Source: Alphaproteobacteria bacterium
Lineage (GTDB): Bacteria; Pseudomonadota; Alphaproteobacteria; Bin95
Direction of reading: 5' to 3'
Assembly (NCBI GenBank): GCA_040263875.1
Contig: JBDQJI010000005.1
Coordinates: 6,496-70,495, forward strand
DNA: 64,000 nucleotides
The notes under the pieces are model-generated. The model had not been told where the DNA came from, did no database searches, and saw nothing but the letters and a program-made list of their open reading frames with translations. The translations under genes and the position numbers were made by a program. Shown in pieces: positions 37,627-45,590 of this stretch; the stretch's first letter is position 1; each line of letters starts with the position of its first letter.

Positions 37627-40506
37627 ATGAACGCACCGCTTGAGCCTATCGACTACAACCGCCCGACCGGGGACGAAATCAAAACCACCACCTGTTACAT
37701 GTGCGCCTGTCGCTGTGGGATTCGCGTGCATCTGAAAGATGGCCGGGTCCGATATATTGACGGCAATCCTGATCACCCAGTGAATGGCGGCGTGCTTTGC
37801 GGCAAGGGTGCGGCTGGGATCATGCAGCACTATTCCCCAGCCCGATTGACCAAACCGCTCCGCCGCAAGGGTGCCCGTGGCGCTGGCGAGTTTGAAGAGA
37901 TTGAGTGGAATGAAGCGCTGACAATGGCGACCTCCTGGCTCTCTGAAGTCCGCAACACAGACCCGCGCCGCTTGGCGTTCTTCACCGGACGCGACCAATC
38001 ACAATCCTTAACTGGCTTTTGGGCGACGCAATTCGGCACGCCCAACCATGCCGCACATGGTGGCTTCTGTTCGGTCAATATGGCCGCCGGGGGTATATAT
38101 TCCATCGGCGGATCGTTCTGGGAATTTGGCGAGCCTGACTGGGAGCATGCACGCATGCTGCTGATGTTCGGCGTTGCGGAAGATCACGATTCCAACCCGA
38201 TCAAAATTGGCCTTGGCAAGCTGAAATCTCGTGGTGCCAAAGTTGTTTCTGTGAACCCGGTTCGCACGGGCTATTCGGCCATTGCAGACGAATGGGTCGG
38301 GATTCGCCCCGGCACGGACGGCGCATTTGTATCAGCGCTTATCCATGAGCTTCTCCGCCAAGACCGAATTGATCTGGAATTCCTGGCGCGCACAACGGAC
38401 GCTTCCTGGCTGATTAACCAGAACCCGGGCGCTGCCGATCATGGGCTCGTTATTAAAGATGCTGATGGCGCGCCACTTGGCTGGGACGGGACTGCTGATG
38501 CGCCGACACCTGCGCGCACACCCGGTGCCAACCTTTCCCTCATCGGTGAGCGCACACTGCCCGATGGTCGAAAAGCCAAGACCGTATTCCAGCTTCTGGC
38601 GGAGCGCTTTCTTGACGGCGCGAACAACCCGGATGCGGTGGCTGCTATTACTGATGTGCCTGCGGAAACCATCCGCAATCTTGCCAATGATCTAGCAGCG
38701 GCTGCCCTTGATGACCCGATGGAAATCCAGCAACCCTGGACCGACTGGACCGGCAAGCGCCATGAAACCATGGTCGCCCGCCCAGTCGCCATCCATGCCA
38801 TGCGCGGAATCTCAGCACACTCCAACGGCTTCGACACATGCCGCTTGATCCATGTGCTGCAGATGCTGCTGGGCGCAATCGATGCGCCCGGTTCTTTCCG
38901 CTACAAACCACCATTCCCGAAACCTGTGCCACCTGGTCCAAAGCCTGCCGGCAAAGCTGACCAGATAGGTCCCGGCCGCCCCATGGCTGGCCCACCGCTA
39001 GGATTTGTCGCTGGCCCAGAGGACCTGCTGGTAGACCCGGACGGAACGCCCCGGCGCATCGACCACGCCTATAGCTGGGAAGCGCCTGTCGCCGCCCACG
39101 GGTTGATGCATATGGTGATCGAAAACGCCGCAAAGCAGGACCCGAACCCAATCGACGTGCTGTTCATGTATATGGCCAATATGGGCTGGAATTCGTCCAT
39201 GAGCGTTGAGAACGCGCTTAAAGGCTTGACGGCGAAGGACGAAGAAACCGGCGAATATAAGATCAAGCACGTTATTTATTCGGACGCGTTCTGGTCTGAA
39301 ACTGTGGCCTATGCAGACCTAATTTTCCCAGACACCACCTATCTAGAACGGTGGGACGCGATCTCATTGCTCGACCGACCAATTTCGGACGCAGATGGCC
39401 CAGCGGACGCTATCCGCCAGCCGATCTTTGAACCGGACCGTGACGTTCGCCCGTTCCAAGAAGTCGTTATTGACCTTGGCCATCGCTTGGGCCTGCCCGC
39501 ATTCACCAATGAAGACGGCACCGCCAAATTCCCTGGTGGCTACAAAGACTACCTCGTCAACCACGAGCGCACGCCCGGCGTGGGCCCGCTTGCAGGCTGG
39601 CGCGGTGAGGACGGTGACAAGGGCGGTATTGGCGCAAAGAACCCCGATCAGCTCGACAAATATATTGAAAATGGCTGCTTCTGGAAGCACGAACTTGAGC
39701 CGGAACAGCGCTATTTCAAACATTCCAATAAGTCTTATCTGGAATGGTCGGCGAGCATGGGCTTCATCCCGAACGCTGACCCCATCGTGATGCATTTGTA
39801 CTCGGAACCGTTGCAGAAGTTCCGCCTCGCAGCTGAAGGCCACGGTGACGTTCAACCGCCGACAGATGCTGCCCGGCAGCGCGTGCTGAAGAACTTTGAT
39901 CCCATCGCCAGCTGGCGTCCGCCGCTAAACGGCTTGGAGGATGCGGATAACGCATATCCCCTGCATGCGATCACGCAGCGCCCGATGGCGATGTATCATT
40001 CCTGGGGTTCTCAGAACGCTTGGCTCCGCCAAATCCATACGGCCAACCGCCTGTTCATGGCGCGGGAGCTGGTGGAGGAAATGGGGCTGAAGGACGATTC
40101 CTGGGTTTATGTCACCAGCCCGAACGGCAAGATCAAAGCTCAGATCAAGGCAATGGAAGGTGTGAACCCTCGCACCGTCTGGACCTGGAACGCCATTGGC
40201 AAGCGCAAAGGTGCCTGGGGCTTGGACAAAGACGCGCCGGAAGCAACCAAAGGCTTCCTGCTGAATCACCTGATTTCCGAACTGCTGCCCGACGGCCAAG
40301 GCGGCCATTGGCCAAACGCTGATCCAGTGACTGGCCAAGCGGCATGGTACGACCTCCGCGTCAAAATTGAGCCCGCCCCCGCGGATACCGCACAAGTGAG
40401 CGAGCCCGTGATACCTGCGCTGCCCAATAACCCTGGCGGCAAGCCTAACCCAAGCCGCCTAGGCTTCGGCGCGGCCTTCCGTGGCCGCAAGGAGGCCCGC
40501 TCATGA
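37627..40506 (+). CDS. Molybdopterin (bis-MGD) oxidoreductase catalytic subunit, DmsA-like, without a twin-arginine signal
   Basis: 959 aa. N-terminal FS0-cluster Cys motif TTCYMCACRCG ... LCGKG. No RRxFLK motif in the first 40 aa. A GAGGA Shine-Dalgarno 6 nt upstream fixes the start. Confidence 0.88.
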   Translation: MNAPLEPIDYNRPTGDEIKTTTCYMCACRCGIRVHLKDGRVRYIDGNPDHPVNGGVLCGKGAAGIMQHYSPARLTKPLRRKGARGAGEFEEIEWNEALTMATSWLSEVRNTDPRRLAFFTGRDQSQSLTGFWATQFGTPNHAAHGGFCSVNMAAGGIYSIGGSFWEFGEPDWEHARMLLMFGVAEDHDSNPIKIGLGKLKSRGAKVVSVNPVRTGYSAIADEWVGIRPGTDGAFVSALIHELLRQDRIDLEFLARTTDASWLINQNPGAADHGLVIKDADGAPLGWDGTADAPTPARTPGANLSLIGERTLPDGRKAKTVFQLLAERFLDGANNPDAVAAITDVPAETIRNLANDLAAAALDDPMEIQQPWTDWTGKRHETMVARPVAIHAMRGISAHSNGFDTCRLIHVLQMLLGAIDAPGSFRYKPPFPKPVPPGPKPAGKADQIGPGRPMAGPPLGFVAGPEDLLVDPDGTPRRIDHAYSWEAPVAAHGLMHMVIENAAKQDPNPIDVLFMYMANMGWNSSMSVENALKGLTAKDEETGEYKIKHVIYSDAFWSETVAYADLIFPDTTYLERWDAISLLDRPISDADGPADAIRQPIFEPDRDVRPFQEVVIDLGHRLGLPAFTNEDGTAKFPGGYKDYLVNHERTPGVGPLAGWRGEDGDKGGIGAKNPDQLDKYIENGCFWKHELEPEQRYFKHSNKSYLEWSASMGFIPNADPIVMHLYSEPLQKFRLAAEGHGDVQPPTDAARQRVLKNFDPIASWRPPLNGLEDADNAYPLHAITQRPMAMYHSWGSQNAWLRQIHTANRLFMARELVEEMGLKDDSWVYVTSPNGKIKAQIKAMEGVNPRTVWTWNAIGKRKGAWGLDKDAPEATKGFLLNHLISELLPDGQGGHWPNADPVTGQAAWYDLRVKIEPAPADTAQVSEPVIPALPNNPGGKPNPSRLGFGAAFRGRKEARS

Positions 40507-41228
40507 CCAGTTTACCAGCGACCGCGCCCGTAAAAAAATTGGGACTGGTCATCGACCTGGACACCTGCGTCGGTTGCCATGCCTGCGCCGTTAATTGCAA
40601 GGAATGGAACACGGGCGGCGAAATGGCCCCATTGACGGATATGGACCCTTATGGCGCAGAGCCAGAGGGCGTGTGGTTCAACCGCGTACACGGCTATGAG
40701 GCTGGCGATGGTGCCAATGGGCGCACCGTCCATTTCCCGCGCTCCTGCCTTCATTGCGAGACGCCTGCATGCGTCACGGTTTGTCCAACGGGGGCTTCCT
40801 ATAAGCGCGAAGAAGACGGCATTGTGCTGGTAGACGAAGACAAGTGCATTGGCTGCAAGCTCTGCTCCTGGGCCTGCCCTTACGGTGCGCGTGAGTTTGA
40901 TGAAACCGTCGGCGTCATGAAAAAGTGCACGCTTTGCGTGGACCGCATCTACAACGAAACCATTCCGGAAGCAGAACGTGTTCCGGCATGTGTTTCAACG
41001 TGCCCGGCCTCTGCCAGGCATTTCGGAGATTTGGGCGACCCGAATTCAGATGTGTCCAAGCTGGTTGCTGAACGCGGCGGATATGATCTGGCCCCGGAGT
41101 TTGACTACAAGCCGACCAACAAATACCTGCCGCCCCGCGAACGGATGCCCAGTGCGCCAGCTGCAGCCGAAGCAGCAGGCGAGCCGCAGGGCCTGCTGAA
41201 GTGGGTCGACCGGATGCTGTCAATCTGA
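40503..41228 (+). CDS. 4Fe-4S ferredoxin-type electron-transfer subunit (DmsB-like)
   Basis: Four Cys clusters: CVGCHACAVNC, CLHCETPACVTVCP, CIGCKLCSWACP and CTLC ... CVSTCP. Confidence 0.88.
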   Translation: MTSLPATAPVKKLGLVIDLDTCVGCHACAVNCKEWNTGGEMAPLTDMDPYGAEPEGVWFNRVHGYEAGDGANGRTVHFPRSCLHCETPACVTVCPTGASYKREEDGIVLVDEDKCIGCKLCSWACPYGAREFDETVGVMKKCTLCVDRIYNETIPEAERVPACVSTCPASARHFGDLGDPNSDVSKLVAERGGYDLAPEFDYKPTNKYLPPRERMPSAPAAAEAAGEPQGLLKWVDRMLSI

Positions 41229-41283
41229 TCATGACGATGCTTGTTCTGATCTCTAATCTCTCTGGCCGCTGGAGCCGCCGACC

Positions 41284-42219
41284 GTGAACCCTGCACCTTC
41301 AGTTATCTTTTTCACGACCCTGTCGGGGCTCGGCTACGGGCTGGCATTCTGGCTTGCCATTGCGCGGGCGTTTGGCGCTGTTCCAGCGGATACGCCCTGG
41401 TTTGGCGCGATCAGCCTTGGTGCCGCATTGGCACTGTTATCAGCCGGCCTGTTGTCGTCAACCGCCCACCTTGGCCATCCAGAACGGGCATGGCGCGCAT
41501 TCAGCCAATGGCGGACCTCCTGGCTATCTCGCGAAGGCGTGGCCGCTGTTGTGACATTCGTTCCGCTTGGGCTGCTGTGGCTTGCATGGATGCTTGGTGC
41601 GACTGGTGGCATTTGGGCTCTTGTTGCGCTTGTCGGTGCAGCCCTGGCGCTCATCACCGTGTACTGCACCGGTATGATCTATCAGTCCTTAAAGCCGATC
41701 CAGGCTTGGGCGACAGGATGGACGACGCCGATCTATCTTCTATTTGCCTTAATGACAGGTGCCCATGCTGTGGCGGCACTGGCTGCATGGTTCGGCTATG
41801 GTGCCTCCTGGCAAGCAGGTGCGGCGCTGATCCTGACCGTCGTTCTAGCGATCTCCAAGTTCATGTATTGGCGGTCCGTCGATACCGCGACGCCCTTCTC
41901 GACGCCGGAAAGTGCGACGGGCCTTGGTCGCTTTGGCAGGGTCCGCCAACTCGAAGCACCCCACGTGACAGAGAATTACATCACGCGGGAAATGGGCTTC
42001 AAAGTTGCCCGTAAGCATGCGGCAAAACTGCGGATGATTGTCTATGCCATTGGCTTTGGCATCCCCGCTCTCGTTGCAATGCTGATGCTGATCTCCGGGC
42101 CTTCTGCGTTGTTGGCGACGATTGGTATCCTCGCGGCTATGGTCGGTGCCATCGCAGAACGCTGGCTCTTCTTCGCTGAAGCCAAGCATGCTGTCATGAA
42201 TTTCTACGGTGAGCGTTGA
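41284..42219 (+). CDS. DmsC-family membrane anchor subunit
   Basis: 8-TM protein containing the DmsC-like segment HLGHPERAWRAFSQWRTSWLSRE. Confidence 0.78.
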   Translation: MNPAPSVIFFTTLSGLGYGLAFWLAIARAFGAVPADTPWFGAISLGAALALLSAGLLSSTAHLGHPERAWRAFSQWRTSWLSREGVAAVVTFVPLGLLWLAWMLGATGGIWALVALVGAALALITVYCTGMIYQSLKPIQAWATGWTTPIYLLFALMTGAHAVAALAAWFGYGASWQAGAALILTVVLAISKFMYWRSVDTATPFSTPESATGLGRFGRVRQLEAPHVTENYITREMGFKVARKHAAKLRMIVYAIGFGIPALVAMLMLISGPSALLATIGILAAMVGAIAERWLFFAEAKHAVMNFYGER

Positions 42220-42422
42220 GCTTAGCTGCTGGCTGCAAATGCAACGCCCCTAAAGCGGCGGCAGATAAGCGCAACTGACTCTGAAACCTTGAAATTTCTG
42301 CGCGCAACAGCCATTGTTAACCCACGAAAGCCATAAAGGTTTCAGGGGAGGCCGTCGCAGAAGTGCGCTCGGTCAACAATAAGAAACTCTGTTTTTCACA
42401 GTTTTAGAGCGAGGGCGCTCGG

Positions 42423-42980
42423 ATGTTTATCCAAACCGAAGCGACGCCGAATCCGGCGACGTTGAAATTCCTGCCGGGTCTGACCGTGCTGGAAACTGGC
42501 ACCGCTGACTTCCGCAACCCGGAAGACGCAGCAGAGCGCTCGCCATTGGCGGACAGCCTGTTTGCCGTGGAAGGCGTCACCGCCGTATTCCTTGGCAGTG
42601 ACTTCATTTCAGTCTCCAAGGCTGACCTCGCCGATTGGGCCGTGATGAAACCCGCCGTGCTTGGCGCGATCATGGAACATTTCACCCGCGATCTGCCAGT
42701 CATGGCCGCTGGCGCGCAGATGGCGGAAGCTGTTTCTGCTGATGGCGATCCGGTGATTGAGCAAATCCAGGAATTGCTGGACACCCGTGTCCGCCCTGCC
42801 GTCGCTGGCGATGGTGGCGACATTGTATTCCGGGGCTTTGAGGACGGGATCGTATACCTGTCCATGCAAGGTGCCTGTGCCGGGTGCCCAAGCTCTACCG
42901 CGACGTTGAAGATGGGCATTGAGAACATGCTCCGTCATTACATCCCGGAAGTGCAGGAAGTGCGCCCTGCGCCCTTCTAA
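42423..42980 (+). CDS. Nfu/NifU-like Fe-S cluster scaffold/carrier (Nfu_N plus NifU C-terminal domain)
   Basis: N-terminal MFIQTEATPNPATLKF (Nfu_N) and a C-terminal CAGCPSS CxxC motif. Confidence 0.85.
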   Translation: MFIQTEATPNPATLKFLPGLTVLETGTADFRNPEDAAERSPLADSLFAVEGVTAVFLGSDFISVSKADLADWAVMKPAVLGAIMEHFTRDLPVMAAGAQMAEAVSADGDPVIEQIQELLDTRVRPAVAGDGGDIVFRGFEDGIVYLSMQGACAGCPSSTATLKMGIENMLRHYIPEVQEVRPAPF

Positions 42981-43112
42981 TTCGTTCAGCTAAATCACGA
43001 CGCGCACGAGACCGCTAAGTTTGGGGCCAGGCGATTTTCGCCTGGATGCGGCTGCGCAGACTTAAACGATGCTGGTTAGTCCCTGTATTTAGAGACGCGA
43101 GCCTGATCCCAG

Positions 43113-44372
43113 ATGCCGTTCATGTTGACCATCAAATTTGCTTGTTGCCGTACCACCTACGGCGTAGCTGCACTGACCGGCATTTTGCTGTCTACGGGCG
43201 CCAATGCTACGTCGATGGGTGATCTTGCGAGCGCGGGCATCGATATCATTCCAAGGCCCGCGACCGCCGATGTACTAAGCGATGAGGCACCGGAAGGCGG
43301 GAATGGCATGCGCCCTACCCCCATCAATGCCAGCATTCTGCCAGAGAGCACACAAGGCGACCTGCACCGCTTGCCATTGGCCTTATTGCATGACGCCCTA
43401 GCCGCCCTGCCAGCCGGAAGCGTAACCCCGCCTATCGTTGGCGTGCCGGTATTGTCCCGGTTCGACGTCCTAATGGCGTCCGCCGCCCACGATCTACAGG
43501 AAGAAATCCATAAGCATAGGTTCGATAACCTTACCAATGCGCCGGATTTTGAGACACTTGATGCCTATTATGACGCCCACGGCTTCACGCTCAGTCGCGC
43601 AGGCAAAACAATGGCCACTCCGCCGCTGTTTCTAAAGACCTTGCCACGTTCCCTTGCCAACGGACGTGACATTCCACGGCGTAAACGCCTGTTCATCAGC
43701 GTGATGCTGCCGCACATCCTTGCCGCCAATGCTGAAATTGAAGCAGACCGGCAGAGACTACAATTTATTGTCGCCAGCTTTGATGATCCAATTGGCCCCA
43801 GTGACCAAGACATCACTTGGCTATTCAGCAAGCTCACGGATTATCGCGTCAAAGACCTGAGTATGGACCGATTGCTTGCGCGGATGGACATCATTCCGCC
43901 TGCACTCGCGATAGCCCAGGCTGCGAAGGAAAGTGGATGGGGCGGGTCCCGCTTCGCCCAAGCTGGTAACGCGCTTTATGGCCAATGGACATGGAATTCA
44001 GCCCATAAAGGCATCATCCCGAAGGAGCGCCCCAAGGGCAAAACCTACCGGGTGCGTGCGTTTGATAACATCCTGGATGCAACCCGCGCCTATATGCTGA
44101 ACCTAAATGCCAATCGCGCCTATGGCGGCCTGCGGGAACGACGCCAGCAGCGCCGCAAAGCTGGGAAAGCGCTTACAGGTGTTGCCCTAACGGAAGAGCT
44201 ATTGGGCTACTCCGCGATCGGCAATCGTTACGTCAAAGCGCTGAAGAGCTTGATCCGGGCCAATAAGCTAACGACTTTGAACACAGCCAAGCTTGGTGCG
44301 AGCTTCATGCCCGATACGCCAGAAACCGCAGGCCCCCCGAAGCGAGCAAGCGCACTGATCGCCAGTAACTAA
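43113..44372 (+). CDS. Glucosaminidase-domain protein (Bax/FlgJ C-terminal-like peptidoglycan hydrolase)
   Basis: N-terminal signal peptide. The glucosaminidase block is PPALAIAQAAKESGWGGSRFAQAGNALYGQWTW. Confidence 0.78.
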   Translation: MPFMLTIKFACCRTTYGVAALTGILLSTGANATSMGDLASAGIDIIPRPATADVLSDEAPEGGNGMRPTPINASILPESTQGDLHRLPLALLHDALAALPAGSVTPPIVGVPVLSRFDVLMASAAHDLQEEIHKHRFDNLTNAPDFETLDAYYDAHGFTLSRAGKTMATPPLFLKTLPRSLANGRDIPRRKRLFISVMLPHILAANAEIEADRQRLQFIVASFDDPIGPSDQDITWLFSKLTDYRVKDLSMDRLLARMDIIPPALAIAQAAKESGWGGSRFAQAGNALYGQWTWNSAHKGIIPKERPKGKTYRVRAFDNILDATRAYMLNLNANRAYGGLRERRQQRRKAGKALTGVALTEELLGYSAIGNRYVKALKSLIRANKLTTLNTAKLGASFMPDTPETAGPPKRASALIASN

Positions 44373-44387
44373 GGCGACTAAGCGGGA

Positions 44388-45590
44388 TCAGGCTGCTGCG
44401 TTCCTGCGGTCACCTGTGCCACGACGGTCCGAAGCGCGCACAGATGGCGGCAAGATCATCGAAGCGACAAATCCACCAGTAGACGCGTTCGCGATCGCCA
44501 ATCGGCCATTGTGCCGTTCCGCCGCCAAACGCGCGATTGGCAGGCCAAGGCCTAGGCCGTTATGCGCCCGGTCCAGGCCAGTTTCAGTCTGGCTGAAGGG
44601 TCGCATCAGCTTCTCCAAGTCTCCGACATCGGCACCTTTGCCTTGATCGCAAACCGTGATCACGACTTGGTCGCCCATTTCCTCAGCCGAAACCTCAACG
44701 GTGCCGCCGAACGGGGAGAATTTCACTGCGTTATCGACAAGCGCCGAGATTCCGGCGTTCAAGACTTCGATATCGCACCAGAGCCGAAGTGGTGCAGCTA
44801 GTGGACGAACATTAATCGCGACCGCCTGTGGCTCCGCAGCTTTCCGGAAACGCTTCGCGGCTTGTTCAAGCAACACGTCAGCATTGGCTGCGCTTGCCTT
44901 AAGCGGTGCCAGACCTGCTTCGAGGCGGGAGAGCAGAAGCATTCGATTCACTTGGGACAACAAGTCATCGCCACATTGGCGAATGTCCTTTGCGTAATCC
45001 AAATATCCTGGGTTCCCGATTGGGCCAAGGCCTTGTCCCAACATCACGTCTGCGAAGCCAATAACGCCGTTGAGCGGCGTCCGCAGCTCATGACAGAGCG
45101 TTGCGAAAAGGCGGCTTTTCAAAACGCTTGCTTCTTCGACTTGCGCTTTGGCATGACGCAGTTCGCTCTCCATCGCCGCAGACCGCAGCAAGTATCGAGC
45201 CTGATGGCCCAATAAGGCCCATTGCACCGGCTTCGCAATGAACGTTGTCGCACCGACCTCGAACGCCGTTTGCACGGAGTCTTCATCTTCAAGCCCCGTG
45301 ACGAGCGCCACGGGTATCATTGCCATATCCGGGTCACTATTGCGCCGGATCAGCGTGCAGACCTCAAATCCAGTTTGGCCTGGCATCATGACGTCCAAAA
45401 TCGCCATGTCCGGCCTTTCAGCTAAGAACAGACGCACGGCAGCGTCGCCATCTTCCGCTTCAATAACCTTGTATCCCTCAGCAGCCAGCGTCTCGCTGGT
45501 CAGCATAAGCTGCACAGGGTCATCATCTGCGATCAGGACCGTCGCCGGCATATTGGCGTCGTTTTGAGTATTCGGATCGGTCATCCTCAA
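44388..45590 (-). CDS. Response-regulator receiver fused to histidine kinase (REC-HisKA-HATPase)
   Basis: N-terminal REC (VLIADDDPVQ ... DVMMPGQTGFEV ... AKP), H-box CHELRTPLNGVIGF, and the HATPase G-box GLGLGLPIARL. Confidence 0.85.
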   Translation of the reverse strand: MRMTDPNTQNDANMPATVLIADDDPVQLMLTSETLAAEGYKVIEAEDGDAAVRLFLAERPDMAILDVMMPGQTGFEVCTLIRRNSDPDMAMIPVALVTGLEDEDSVQTAFEVGATTFIAKPVQWALLGHQARYLLRSAAMESELRHAKAQVEEASVLKSRLFATLCHELRTPLNGVIGFADVMLGQGLGPIGNPGYLDYAKDIRQCGDDLLSQVNRMLLLSRLEAGLAPLKASAANADVLLEQAAKRFRKAAEPQAVAINVRPLAAPLRLWCDIEVLNAGISALVDNAVKFSPFGGTVEVSAEEMGDQVVITVCDQGKGADVGDLEKLMRPFSQTETGLDRAHNGLGLGLPIARLAAERHNGRLAIANASTGGFVASMILPPSVRASDRRGTGDRRNAAA

